A stretch of 60,212 nucleotides of DNA, counting the filler, from Platydemus manokwari (taxonomy: Eukaryota): NCBI GenBank assembly GCA_037951405.1. It is 5 parts of 5 records of this genome, joined end to end, with 100 filler letters (N's around TTAATTAATTAA, not from the genome) between each part and the next. Parts side by side here need not be neighbours in the genome. Positions count along the whole stretch, not along the records: positions 12,319 to 22,856 come from JBBMOY011114330.1; positions 22,957 to 35,958 come from JBBMOY011882499.1; 3 more parts are not named here. The stretch is one strand, 5' to 3'. Positions 12,724-27,154 of the stretch are shown piece by piece (position 1 is the first letter of the stretch; each line of letters begins with the position of its first letter). A model generated the notes under the pieces. That model searched no databases, was not told where the DNA came from, and saw only the letters and a program-made list of their open reading frames with translations. Both the position numbers and the translations under genes were made by a program.

Positions 12724-15700
12724 CTGAGAATTAATATTATTAGTATTATTATTATTATTTGTGCTTCGATCAATTGGCATGGAATAATGGGGCAATCGAG
12801 TACGGGTATTTGTATAAGCCGGTTGATACCAGATGTCGGCATAAATCGATTGTGAATTGTATGGATTGATTTGATTCGGAAGCAAATGCGATTGGATTCT
12901 GTGTCGAGGTATTGGAGGATGTTTGGCGGAATTCACTGAGGCAACCACTGAAAGATCTGGCAACATTCTTTTAGTTGGAGACACACAATTTTCTGATTTT
13001 TTCAACGTTGAAATACTGTCACTGAAATTAGATGATAAATCAAGAACTTCATGTTAGTCAAAATCAAATCTTGTATTGTTGTAAGAGGGAGAAATATTTC
13101 TAAAAATAAAATCAAGTTCTTTAAATGGAGCGAATAAAAATCGAGAGCTAGTAAGTGAAGTCTTTATTAAGGAATCAAAACCACAATAAGATAATAATTG
13201 ATTTCATTTTGATAGTGAAGTTAAAAAAATAATAAAAAACAAGGAAAAATGGATAAAGGAAGATTATTTGGAGAGAATCTGGAAATAAGTACAAACCAAA
13301 TCGAGTATCTCAAAATCGCATGTTTTAAACTACTTAAAAATGAAAATATATTTGAATGAATTCTGCTGTGTGTTCATGTGTGGTCAAACCACATTTCCTT
13401 AAACAGGTACAAAGAAAATCGTTTAAGAAATGCGAATTAATGACACCGATTATTGTGGATTTCTCTACAACACTCAATTGATTCTATCAGATTATATTTG
13501 ATAATAAATCCTTAAATAAACAAACTTAAATGTAAATGAATTTATTGTTTTGTGAAATTGTTTTTCATCAGAGAAAACATTTTGGTAAAACAAATACTTT
13601 AATTAAGTAAAACCTTATAATCGATATGTTGCCATGGAAAATAAATTGATTTCGTAATCGTCTAATGGAGAATGAATAACAACATTTGATGAGATGTATA
13701 CGTGTTCGAATCCACTGATGGAATAATTATTAAACAGTAGTCTTGGAGTATTAATCGATATCGATGAATACTAAATAATATGACTCAGCGACAGCTGCAA
13801 ACTACTAATTTAGATGGTCTGTATTTCAAACCTCTATACACAGTCGCTTCCTTTTAAATACATAGTTGAGTGGATAAAAATACTGTGACTGACCAAATAA
13901 TAATAATAATGTAATACTAAAATAAGGTCATGTTGTGACTATTTTTAAAAATATTTAAGTAAACAATATTAATAACAACTCTCCCATGGTGACATCTTTG
14001 AAGTATAATTGAAGGGTCAAACAAGAATTAATCAAACAGAAATAATCATGTTAGTATGTGTTTTAAAAGTGCCACTGATAATAAAATATTTCAAGAATAT
14101 ATTTACAGATCCAGTATTAGTTCTTAGCGGGATCCAGGGAAATGATCATTAAAAGAATAAAGAGATTTTCATGCGAATCGTGGTAAATTGCAGAGTTTAA
14201 GTTAAAAAATATCGAAATCCACAAAAAAACAAATAAAAGAAAAAGGAACTAAAAGAGCCACCCACCTACAAATATTAATAGACTTAAATTATAATTGAAA
14301 TCACACCGTAAAAGGAAAAGAAGATTTAATCATGATTTCAAACTGTAACGATTGTGGGTGAGCGAGCAAAGGACAAGAATAAAATCGCTATCAAATATCA
14401 CTCACACCGATGCAGACTGATTGATATGAAAATCTTTAATTGGAATGGGATTCTTATTATTCACAGACTCCAGTGATTTCGGGGACATCACAAATCTGTA
14501 ATCAAAGTCCAATTATATGATAAAAAAATATTGAAACGTTAAAAATACAAACTTCAATGGCATTTGTGATTTAACATCATCATTTACAGACATTTTTGGT
14601 TTGGTATCTAATTGACTTGTTCTAAATTATCGATTGGTATTTAAAATAAATCCAATAAATTATATAATAAAATCGATATTTTGGAATCCGATGAAAATAA
14701 AATGAAAAAATCAATAATGTTTTATAGTAAAACAATTAAATAAATCAATACCCAATACCAATAGGTGGGCTACGATATTTCTTTTCTACTGAGCCAGGAA
14801 GATCGATTTCACTGAAACTAAAACATCAATTTCGAAGTAGTAATCGCACTTTTCAAACCGTTCTAGTTCATTGGGATTACTGGTTCTTTGGTCAGTATTT
14901 ATTTGGCTGGGGAGCTTTTTCCTCATTCGTTTCTGTTTGTAATGGACTTTAGCAGATTCATTCAGTTTCGGGATTCTGAAAAAGAAAAGCTCGGGACTCA
15001 TTAACAAAGATTCAGGTATTTCATTAAATGTGTTTTTGATCAGCTTTCAGCCATAAATTAATGATTTCATCCTCAAATTTATATGAAATCAATCAATTCT
15101 TAATCAAACCTGTTTTCGTATATATAATCTGGAGGAATACGATCGAACGATTTGGACTGTGACATGGAAGGTTTGTTTGTGCATTGTTGTACACCGAAAT
15201 CAAAAGTGTTGTTCTTTGTGGGATAAGATTCATGAAATCTGAATTCATCATCTTCGGTTTCGGTTTGGGATTTGGAAACAATAACCCTGCGATTCTTTCT
15301 AAATTAAATGAAATCGTGTCATATATTAGATAGATAAGAACAAATAGTACTTTGATAAAGCGGACTCCTCAGCATCGGACACACAATTCCTTCATAATTT
15401 AATTATATATTTCTGACTGTTATCTGGTAACAATAAATCACCTTGATGGAACTTGTGTCAGTGTAAAAGCTTTTGGATTTTTCGTACTTTGTGTTGTATT
15501 AATCGAGTCTGGATAACTGGATTTGTGATTAATAAGATGAGCATTAAATATAATGAAATGAAACCTGGAAAAAGTATCATCACTGTATTGATTATTATCA
15601 GCTATAAACACATAAAAATTAATTTCAGTAATAGCTTATGCAAATTTTACATGTGTCAGATGAATAACCGAATTCCTTTGAAGAACTCCTTCCAAACGAT

Positions 15701-18129
15701 CGTTTTGGTGGCTCACTTACCCTGGGTTTCTCATCTTTTTTCGACCTGAATTTAATAATTCTAAAAATTATATAAAGCGTGAGTCTTACTTGAAGAAAGC
15801 GAAGTGATCCAGCGACAATTTGTAAAGAAGAATACAAAGAGTCTTTTCTCCCGTTTCGAAATAATGTTTCTTTGTTCGCTAAATTAAATAAAATATTATA
15901 TATTTATAGTAAAAGATGAATTCATGTGACAATTCTGTTGATAAGAAAAAATATGCACGCGTATAACAAGATAATAATAGATGCCATGTTCAGCATTTTT
16001 TGGAAGCAATTAATGGCAAAAGTATTAATAATGATGTTGATTAAGATGAAATTATGCAAAAAAACGGATTTGCACCTTGGAACCGTTGTCTAAACTCTTC
16101 AAACATTTGCCTGCCTACACAACCACATAGCCATAACAATCAACCAATCACAGAGGAGTTAGATGGTAAACGACAATTAGAAATAGGGACACGGCCACAC
16201 AACAACATACACATATGGATTGACGAATTTTACTCATGCAAAAACTTAAAAACTCAATGGGAACGTGGAAGAACAAAGATCGAATCAAAATGTGGTACAA
16301 CATGACACAAAAAATTACAAATAGATCTCATATAAATGGCCAACTGCCAGTTGGAAGAGAAGTTTTTAGTTAATATTTTGTAAAGCATGCCAAGTTTAAT
16401 TACGTGTAAGTCGTACTGATCAGTACGCAATCGAAATACAATTTTAGCCTTCTATTTTCGGAGTCAGAGATTAGTTGATTGTTTAGGGGATCCAATAACA
16501 ACAACAACAAAAATAATAATAATGATAATTTGATTAATATAAATATTTATGTGATGAAATAAACTTCTCATTTCATCATCTTTACACCATTTAACGCAAA
16601 AACATACCAAGGATTCTTTCTCCAAAAACTCATCATCAGTGAACATTGCCAGTTAGATTCTATAGGTTTTCGATCAACGTCCTCAAAATGAAAGCTTTTA
16701 TTTTTAGATATTGTTTGATATTAATATCTTAGCTGGTTTATTTTTATCTATTTAAAGAGTAAAAGCAGCAATTTAAAGACCAAGTACATCGTTGTTGAAA
16801 TTCGACAGACACACAATTTAAAATTTTATTTAAAATAAAACCAATTAATTAAGCCAGTAAAAATTTCCAAACATTAGCCAAGATTTAAACATTTCTTTAA
16901 TTATTTGTCATCGACATTCACATCAGAATGACAGATGTCAACACCAAAAAACAGGTGTCGTAAAATCGTCATCTATCAAACACCGAGACACTGCTGAAGA
17001 TTCATGTCCTATGACGTGATAACATGAACCTAACGAAATTTCTGTCAGATAAGCAATTGAAACAAGATCAAGTATTAATGGCATATCATATTATTGTCAA
17101 GAAAAATGATCCTAAACTACCGGGTTATGACATGCCTATGAAACAACAGTAATTGATTTGAAGGATATATTATAATATTTAATTCAGTTTAATTCTGACC
17201 AATACGAAGTTCATCTGAGTCTGATGTGCATGATCATTAATCATTCTCCAATTTACTTTTAACAGGACTAACCTGTGAAAGCTGGATATTTCTTTCAAAA
17301 TTCAATAAAATAACTGGCTCATTAGTCAGTGATATTCTTGGCGTAATATCAGACCAATCACAATAAATATTGGAAGACCATAGCTATCGACAATTATTCT
17401 CACGCATCAGGTAATAAATTGAAATCTGGCGCTTGCACAGTACTGGCATCCTTATCGATGTATACACACATATGTCAAAGTTTTTCACACACCTTTTTTT
17501 CGCAACTCAGGTTGATGAAACAAATCTCAACATACTGAATAAAACACAGTTAGTCACACTCGAATTCAAATCACCGAAAATTCTAATAAACTATAAAATG
17601 AATTGATCAATGTGATATAATTTTGAGTTCACCTACACTGTATATGAAGTGCTATACAAATCTATAAAAATTTTATCGAAGCAATGTCATAATGTAAGTG
17701 ATGTCATCATTGCAATATCCTATTTGTAGATGTATTTTGATAACCTAAATGACAAGAAATGATGATATAATCCCAACACCAAAAGGGTATTGATTTTCAT
17801 TTACACTGCATTGCTGGCGCTTCTTTTTCGTTTCTGATATATTATATATTTCATGACTATTATCGTAATTAAATTAAAATTTCAATACAAATAATCGTAT
17901 TATTATTATTTTAATATCTTACATCAGTTTTCTCCTTAATAATGATTTGTCTTCCTTTCCGTCTGATTGCACTTATTCTTGGCCTGTCATAATATTAACA
18001 TAGAAAATCACAACACAAAAAAATAATAATCTACCAAAATATATCGTAATTGAGATTGGGATCCTTGTGATATCGAAGTGAGAAACCTTGGGGATTTAAT
18101 CCAAAATAACAGTACTTATTATTGACGTC
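12724..18129 (-). CDS. FERM-domain (band 4.1/EPB41-like) protein, partial: FERM C-lobe, FERM-adjacent region and disordered tail
   Basis: Phase-consistent GT-AG exons on the - strand: 18035-18129 (DVNNKYCYFGLNPQGFSLRYHKDPNLNYDIF), 17923-17983 (WPRISAIRRKGRQIIIKEKTD), 15790-15878 (RTKKHYFETGEKTLCILLYKLSLDHFAFF), 15651-15745 (KSKKDEKPRVSEPPKRSFGRSSSKEFGYSSDT), 15565-15601, 15442-15516, 15351-15389, 15110-15298, 14859-14975, 14752-14811, 14406-14495, 12724-13021. The motifs GLxPxG...FWPRI and CxxLxKxxxxHxAFF match FERM-C, and SKEFGYS resembles the FA-domain GSKFRYS. The 5' and 3' ends were not found in this contig. Confidence 0.88.
13651..13724 (+). pseudogene. tRNA-like pseudogene or SINE head
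   Basis: A-box-like TCGTCTAATGG (13658-13668) and B-box GTTCGAATCC (13704-13713) at tRNA-like spacing, but the stems pair poorly. Confidence 0.35.
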
Positions 18130-20192
18130 CTAATTTATTAAAAAAAATACCGATTTAATAAACGAAAAATATTAATTTTATATCTGATAACAACAGATTC
18201 GATTTATATGGTATTATTATTTCGATCAGATTAAAACAAAACTATAGCCCATTACTAATCTCTGAGGACAATTTCAAGGCAAACATAAGTCGACATATGT
18301 TTTCAAAATTTACCAAAACAACAAAAACCAAAAATCGCCAACCAAAACTGATCTCAATATTAATCAGATATCGTTTATTATTTCACCGCCCATGTTGAAA
18401 CAAATGTTGCTGTATGATTCAACAAATATCAAAATAAATAATTGATTAAAATCGCCATTTGTCAGTGATCAGAATTTGTTTTGCGATATAGATCTCATTC
18501 AAATAAATAATTTCTCTAAACAGTTGATCTCATCTAACTAGTTTCGGAATTCTAATTAAGTAAATTTACCTTTCACAATACGCTTTAAAAAGTTAATAAA
18601 ATTATCAAATTCATCCAATGAGAAAGTATACCGAAATGTTTCCAGTTTATTATCATCCCAACTCAAGAAGAGTCTGGTTGAGAGTTTAGACTATGTTAAG
18701 GTACGGTGATATGAAAGCGAAATAGAATTACAACATATTCCCACGGCTTTGAATGACCTTGAATTCAAATCGATAAATGATCTCATTATTAAATCGCCAA
18801 TTCTACGACATAACTATTATAAAGAACAACGAAATCTATTGATTATATGAGACCCACGGGTTAAATACCTTAGATAAACAATCAACAAACCAACATAACT
18901 CTAACATAAAGACTTCGACTAAGTTTTGCTAAACATTCCTCATAATTATTTCTACAAAATGACAAAATATTGGATCACAACATTAACGATTAGTTCAAAA
19001 TTTTATCAATTGGAAATTTGAGAATCAGAAATGAATTGAATCATTTGAACAAACTTAGTAAAGTTTTATTTAACTTGAAAGATAAAATAATTTATTCTTG
19101 TAAAATTATAGCTTTGTTTTTAAAATGGAAATCTACAGGAATTCGTTTAATATTAAAAAACGACATTTGTACTACTGTAATAAATTCTACTAACTTTAAA
19201 AATTAAATTAATTGGATTATTGATTGTTTGATTAGTGTGTGTGTATCTATTTTCTTTCAACCATACCACAGCGTCTTTATTGTGACGAATTTTATAAAAC
19301 AGGGAACTCGCACAAATTGGTCGACTTTATGAAGATTTTTACGGAAAATTAATCGATAACAAGGTAATTAATTTTTTAATTGAAATATATAACCCAACTA
19401 GAAGTGTTGACAAAAAGCACAGGTAAAATCTCGTGATTATGGCTCGACAATAATGTCGATACAACTGTTAATGTCATGTGTGCCATAATTCCTCCACGAG
19501 TTAACAAAATGATGTGTGGATAGGTATGTACACGATTTATCAATAAAAGAATCAAAATGGCGGATATTTCTAAAATAAAATTTGAAAGCACAAATCTTTA
19601 CAAAACGAATCCTCATTGTTTCGCTATTTTACGCTTTATACGTATTCATGGATAAAAGTTTATGTTAGATAACAATGAAATCAAGGTAATAGTGTATAAA
19701 ATTATTTACAATATGGTATCAGTGATAATTTCTATCATCACAGCATATTGTGTATTTCATTCACAAAAAATCAGAAAAAATAATCAAATCGACAGTGATA
19801 AAAAAATGGAAAACACATTGATTAATGTTTTCAAATCCGCCATAATCACAATTCATTGAACAGAACAACAAAACGTCGCCTAATTTCCGAAATTGTGTGA
19901 GAGTGATGTTAAATAATCAATCTGCTGTCAGTGTCGATAAGAAATTTTGTTGAAATTTATTTCTCGGATAAAAAAAATCTTTCAAATATCGGCTAAAAAC
20001 AATTCCATGTTTAATTTTGATTTACAAACGAAACCATTTGAATGATAAAGCGATAAGATTGTTGGGATATTTTTACAGATTTTTCTCCTGTCTGAAGTTG
20101 ATGATTTATTCTTGTTAGAAAACAATCAACCCACGTATCAATATTGAGGAAAATAAAATATGAAGTTTAAAAATTTTCCCGTTGATGAATGG

Positions 20193-20354
20193 NNNNNNNN
20201 NNNNNNNNNNNNNNNNNNNNNNNNNNNNNNNNNNNNNNNNNNNNNNNNNNNNNNNNNNNNNNNNNNNNNNNNNNNNNNNNNNNNNNNNNNNNNNNNNNNN
20301 NNNNNNNNNNNNNNNNNNNNNNNNNNNNNNNNNNNNNNNNNNNNNNNNNNNNNN
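20193..20354. other. Assembly gap (162 N, no linker)
   Basis: Run of N without the TTAATTAATTAA linker, i.e. a within-scaffold gap. Confidence 0.95.
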
Positions 20355-21199
20355 ATAAGTAATTTAATAAGCTGTATATTTTAAAACCAAAAAACTATCG
20401 AGTTCACATAAATAAAGTTCCACTTGGACTCAATAATTATCATCTCAACAGCATTAAACTAAACAGTTTTCTATCAATAGATTTGATTGATTCACCAATT
20501 CTCTCGATATCAAGAATGGATTAATGATAGTTTTGTATAGAGATTAATATGATAATATCCGTTAACAGAGATTCACTTATTTTTTATGGTTTGTAACATG
20601 AAGAAAATATTAAATGAAATCTGAGATAAAATAGACATACAAAATTGAATTTACAAAACAATTGTGGAGTTCTTTAAAGTTAAAATATTGATTAACAATG
20701 CTGCATTATTATTTATGAAGTAGTGGAGGAAAATAATCACAATGCTTGAAATAATATATTATATTGTTTATAATAATATATAATCTTTAATTTTAATAGG
20801 CTCCTGCGTGTATCACCTGTTAAAGAATTCACTCAATTTAGTCAAATATTCCGTGGATCATCTTTTATTTTAATTTTTATCTTATCAACTACGGTCAATT
20901 GAAACTTCTTTTGTTAATTTTATTTGTTTTTTGTTTATTTAAATCGAATATTTTAATTTGACGAAAATACTATTATGTCCCTTAGAGTGAGTGTGCACGA
21001 GTCTGTGTGTGTTTGTGTTCGAAAGATGTTTGCAAATTAAATTCAAAAAGGATTTTTATTTAAACTTTCTTGGACATATTTTTCTGAGTATCGAATTTGT
21101 TTAAATAATCTGTGTATATGCCGCTAACAACCTACCGCTATCTTATATCGCCTTCGATCGATTATCTGTAATCACTTCATCATAAACATGTACAAATAT

Positions 21200-22200
21200 A
21201 TTTTAAAAGACAATTTTCGTCCATAAATGTTTGTTCTTCATTTGTATTAGTAATCGGTTTCTGTCAAGGTTACAGCTTTGCCTCACATATTGTTTTTCTT
21301 TTCTTTCGGTCCTTCTGTTTCGTTATTCGATGGTTGCATATTCATTTGATTGATTGGGATTGTTCGGTACTATCGGAGATTTTTCGAATTAATCATCCGT
21401 TTCTTCTCAGTCATTTGTTTCTTCATGTATTACAGTAATAACCTTTTGATTTTTTTATTTGAATTACTTAGATATTATTTTGCTTTATTTACGCCGTCAT
21501 TGAACTGCCATCGCTTGAAACCCCATTTGATATTTGAAGTTAAGCAATTCTCCGCAATATTTCTGATTTGATTATCTGAAAGATGATATGATTGTGCATC
21601 TTTCGAGACACCCAATTTCAATAGTTACAAGCAATATTGACCATTAAATGAATTTAAAGCTTCAAAATGAAAAATTTATACGTTGTTTGCAAATCTACTT
21701 TTATTTCTTATTGTTTTCAATTCTGGTCTCATGTTATTTTCATTTCCCCGATTCGTCTCCTTGATTTAGTCAATCGAGAGTCATTTTAATATCGATGTTG
21801 TGATAGATGCTTATTATCAATATTATAAATTAGCTCTTTTAAATTAAGTGTGTACTCGCTTTTAATTATTGGTATCTCATTGATTTGACTCCATATCAGC
21901 TGTACTTGTATGAAGTACACCATTTTCGGTTCACCAAGAATTTCTTTAATATTTCATCAGATATGAAATTCGATATATTGATGATTAGCGGCAATATCTC
22001 AGTTTTGTAAACAGGAACTTTATGCATGCATTGAGTTTTTGCCATGAGACGAGGACCGAATTATTTCTCAATACTTGATCTGGTTTTGATTAACGGTGTA
22101 ATAATAAATTGACACCAATATATCTGTAATAATCCTCTTTACTTGGTTCACTCTTGACGCTAATCTACTAAATTGATATCTTGTTGCAGCATACAGATGC
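21200..22200 (-). mobile_element. Decayed non-LTR retrotransposon RT remnant (R2/NeSL-like)
   Basis: EDYYRYIGV (about 22111-22137; cf. YKYLGV) followed by SVLVSWQKLNA (cf. SxLxPWQKL of restriction-like-endonuclease LINEs). Many stops; boundaries approximate. Confidence 0.4.
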
Positions 22201-22856
22201 TCACATTTTTTTTAACTTTTGTCCACTAGAATTTGAATTCTGTTACGATTAATTGCTAAAAGATGTTCTACTGCAATCTCTTGATACAACTTCTGTATGA
22301 ATGCATCCGGTTTTATGTGAATATTTTAGGAGAATATTAGAAGAATATTATACATGTGAGGTATTTTTAATGAATTAAATTTTCAATTCAAATTTTTTAT
22401 TCGGTGTCTTGTATTTTCAGTTCGTTTTAATGTGTGGTTTTTAAAATAGTAATAGCGGCTAACAAAAATAAATGGGGTTTTCTGCATTAAACAATTAAAT
22501 TATGGCACAGTTGTTCATTGAGAATGTTTCCCCGGGGTTCCTCTCCAGTAAAAAGGTAAAGAGTACTTATGTGTTTATATTGGATATAAGGAGATCTTTT
22601 AAAAATAAAGATAAATAAAGAGATAATAATAATAATTTTTAAAGAAATTAATTTTCGAGAGATGATATACGGTTCATTCATGTTACTAAGATCACTAATG
22701 GGAAGACCATGTATTCATTGGAAAATATTCATTTGACATGATTGGGTAAATCAAATATTCCTTACGTTTAATAAGGAACTATTAGGTGTATTAGTATGAT
22801 TCCGGCTTTTTTTTTTAAAAAACAAAAACATTTTTTAAAATATTTATTTAATGAAA

Positions 22857-22956
22857 NNNNNNNNNNNNNNNNNNNNNNNNNNNNNNNNNNNNNNNNNNNN
22901 TTAATTAATTAANNNNNNNNNNNNNNNNNNNNNNNNNNNNNNNNNNNNNNNNNNNN
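22857..22956. other. Artificial contig spacer (44 N + TTAATTAATTAA + 44 N)
   Basis: Linker at 22901-22912. Confidence 0.97.
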
Positions 22957-22981
22957 GCTTCTATTAATTTGAAAGGTTACT

Positions 22982-22982
<1 letters not shown>

Positions 22983-23018
<36 letters not shown>

Positions 23019-23480
23019 TTAAAAAAATTCAAATAGATCTAAGAATCTTCCTAATTTTCCCTTTATGGAGAAATTCTTTAAATTGACGAAATTTCTTTCA
23101 CTGGATTAGTATTTTTCTCTTTAATTAATGATTTTGGTAATTCATTAAATGTTGGATAAGAATAAGGAAGTCGATGTTTAGAAAATAGAGTTTTTCCAGG
23201 GTGTAGATAATAAAGTTTGACAAAGTAAAGTAGTGAAATATTTAGATGAATCTATCTATTTGAAAATATTTTGTCATTTTCGATATTACGACAAATGGGA
23301 ATCCACCTTAACAAGTCGTTCCAATTTTAAATCTTTATTATAATTTGCTATCAGAACATAAAAATTCATCAAAATCATATTTGATATTTTTGATGGAATT
23401 ACGCTTCATTATATAACCGGTATTTTCATGACCACAATATTTCATGTTTGATTTATTAGACTTTCACGTTTGAAAAATAT
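22983..23480 (-). mobile_element. Possible 3' end of a CR1/L2-like LINE with microsatellite tail
   Basis: The minus frame KTLFSKHRLPYSYPTFNELPKSLIKEK resembles the RT C-terminus (...WNxLPxxxK). It is followed downstream by a (CA)n(TA)n tract at 22983-23017. Confidence 0.3.
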
Positions 23481-24589
23481 TTAATTCAATTTCTTTCATT
23501 AGCATTTCACTTTCTACTTGAAATTTTGTACTTCTACAAGAAGTTCTATATTATGTTGTTCTAATTTGCTATGGGGAAAGTTGCTATCACATTCATTTAA
23601 TATCATATACGATATAGAAATAAATACTGCAACACGAATAAATGTTTAGAAGATAAACCATAAAATCATCTAATTTAAATCAATTCATCACTAATTAAAA
23701 GGCATGATTCAACAGGCTAAAATTCAGAAAATTCAGAAAATTAGTCATGCATTAGCCACGCAAATTGTTGAGATAATCAAATAACTGCACTTGTACTGTC
23801 GACCGAAAATATGTACGTTACTGGAACATAGTTAGACACTGGATTTAGTTGTTGTACAGAGAATCAATTGAATAGAAGACCAGATCGCAAAAAAACTGAA
23901 TTGAAATGGAGTACGTATCAGAAGCAGAGAGATGCATGTAATCAATTAAAAATTGTGGTGTACATACTTCTCCAATAATCAAACCGCCATGACATCAGTC
24001 AGCCAGGTAAGATCCATTTCTATTAATAATGAACTGCACTGTGTATTAATCAGTAACAATGAGCACTTTTAAATCAGTCTGTTCTTTTTGCTCTTACAAT
24101 GAATCTAATCGGTACATAGGAATTGATACAGATTTTATAACTGATAGACAAAACGAAATTACAGAATATTTAAAATCAAATTGCATATTCGTCTATCCGT
24201 TGTACAATTTATTGTGCTATTTTATTTGGATCGATATTTTTTGAATATAAATAAACATTCTTAATTGATAGATTTATGTCTTTATAACCAATTACAATAA
24301 CATTTAAATATGCCAAATAGAAAACATTTATCAATTATCAATACATGAGCAGCATGCTGTGCTCATTGAAACAAAACACAGATTCTTCATTGAAATATCA
24401 TTATCAATATTATCAAAATTAATCGTAATGTACCGATATTAACTCCTTTGCTCAGTGCTTGTCATTATCATCGATATAAGCCAATAAAATCCCAGCAAAA
24501 ATATATTCGAACTCTCGGTCATTACACTAACACATCACTTACAACTCGAACGTGAGTACTCGCTGGTATTGGGTGTTGGTTTCATATCA

Positions 24590-24621
<32 letters not shown>

Positions 24622-27154
24622 CATACATAAGTAAATAAATAAATAAATAAATAATTCATATATTTTGTTTAAATTAAAAGAGAATCGCAAATCAAACTGG
24701 TTCAGTTATATCGATTTAATAATAACTGAAAAATTCAATATTTACAAAGACAGATATTAAATTTAAAATTGTTTTGAATTCGATAGTCAACGGTATGACA
24801 TTGTATACATCTGAAATTATTTCACAAGATCTACTCAACCAATTATACCAACTGTCATGGTTCAGTGCAATCGATTGATAGTCTACTGGTATCATCTCTG
24901 TTGTGAAAAAGAATAAAACTTTGTTATAGGCTTTTGAGATTATCTGAATCATCAAAACTGATTTCACAATGTCGAATAGAAAAAAATATAACGTTTTCTT
25001 TTGCCCCTATTTTTTATCAGCATTTTTTTGATATTTATAAAGGCGAAACCAAAAATCAGTGAAATGAAATATTTCAATTGACTATCGCTATCAGAAATAT
25101 TGACATAAATTTGTATTGGGCTGGTTCAATTTTAGAGACTGCTTTTGTTGCTATGTTTTGTTTTTAGAACTCAAATAAATTATAAATAAATCATTTTTTA
25201 TCCAATGATAGAAGTAGAAAACAATCTAGTAAATTATAATCTAAAAATCTTAATAAAATAACTAGTATTTTTGTCATATCATTATAAATATATAAAGGCA
25301 TGTGCAATAGGAGATTATTTCCTGCCAGTTTATTTCTTATAGCAATACTCGTTGAAGAATAAAAATGAAATTGTTATATATAATAATGAATATCTTAATT
25401 ATCTTTGTGTATGATTTTTTATTTCTTAAATGATTTTTATAATAATAATAATAATTATTATTATTATTATTATTAATCATGTTTTCACAAATAATCTATT
25501 TATTGAATTGGACCAAGCCAGTAAATTTTTCGTTTGATTTTTCCATTCGAAATTGTCATCCACTGAAAACATCGTTAATGAAATTATGTATTTTTGTTTT
25601 ACTAAAACAATTATGAATTACCAACTGGTAAATTAATTAATGAATTCAGTGATAGAAAATATATAATTTCCATTTCAAGTCATTATTAATAAAAGCATTA
25701 TATGAATAAGATAATGTTGATCGATAGATTCACCAAAATATAATGTCATCAATTATTCAGAAAAATTATCATATTGTATTAAATCATCTCTGACCATTTG
25801 TTTCGTTAACGATCACGGAGGTAAGTCTCTTCATGGAAAAAAAATATTGAAAAGTATCAAAAATTAAAAATGTTCCTTAAGTATCACTCAATAAAGAATT
25901 TAAACGAGCTATATCTATGTATCAATTCATTTTTTAATTTTAAATTCAAAAATAAAATTTTTACTCTTAATAATTAGAGCTAATATTCAACTAATAATTT
26001 CATTTTTACAATGTACTACTTACAAATTACCAAGTGAAGTCTAATAATCATGTGCCATGTCTAACACATTTCAGGATGTGTGTATGTGTGTTTGACATTT
26101 ATGAATGACATATATGTAGTTGCATAAACATTACATACACATGTTGTTCATTTGATGAAATTGTGATGCTATAAATGGTGGGCTTCTTATCTCCATTAAC
26201 AAACTTGCATGATTATTTATTTTTAGAAATATAAAATATTACCAAAACATTATTTATTCGAAAATTATTCCATTATTCTCGAATTGGATTAGAAAAACTA
26301 AATGACCCGTGCATCACACATATATAACAGACATTTCATTTTCCATGACACTACAAATATTGTCTTCATAAAACAATGTTTTGTCAAATATTTGATTGGC
26401 TTTCACATTAATTTCTGGTATTCCATTCTATTAATAATATCAACAACATATAACTAAAATCATTCATTGATCAATGAATATATTTCTATCGATTAACGAA
26501 ATTTCTAAACATGTCAATACAAAATACATCAAATCTAAATGTCAATTCAAAAAACCAAAATAAGCCGCCCTAACTATTGCGATGATAACATTAAAAAAAA
26601 TAAATTTTTCGGCATCATAAAGGTCATCAGATCAATGACAAACGTATTCTGTTGATCAACAGCCAGACAATAAGCCGATGAAATACGAGTAAACATTCTG
26701 TTCAAACATACAAATCGCCACAGTATTTTTTTCCACAAATCCAATCAAATATCAAACATTAACAAATGAAAAAAAGTAAAATATATATTTCAATAAATAA
26801 TTAAATACAATTTAAATAAAATTAATTAATCATAATAATAATCGTCGAAGTCATTATCATCACAAATCGATTAATATATCATAATAATAATAATAATAAC
26901 AATAATATTAATAATAGGCCACAAAAGTCTGGAAATAACAGATAAAAATGTCAAGAAAATCTCTGTACATAGCAGCAAGCAAGCTGATTGAGCTATTGTA
27001 ACAATATATAAAAATCACATTCGACTAATCAATGAATGAATAATTTACAAATAACACAAATATATATATTTCAATTGGTCCCCTCTTATTTCAATATTAG
27101 GCTAGATAATGAATGTGAAAAATAATAATGAAAATAGTCCACTGCTGTTTATTA

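Noticed and set aside
16464-16646. ORF with vague BACK-domain resemblance
   Set aside because: Lies inside a FERM intron whose flanking exons join cleanly, and has no convincing splice context.
26859-27019. Two K-box-like TGTGAT hexamers in the putative 3' UTR
   Set aside because: The hexamer is common in AT-rich DNA and the UTR end is unknown.
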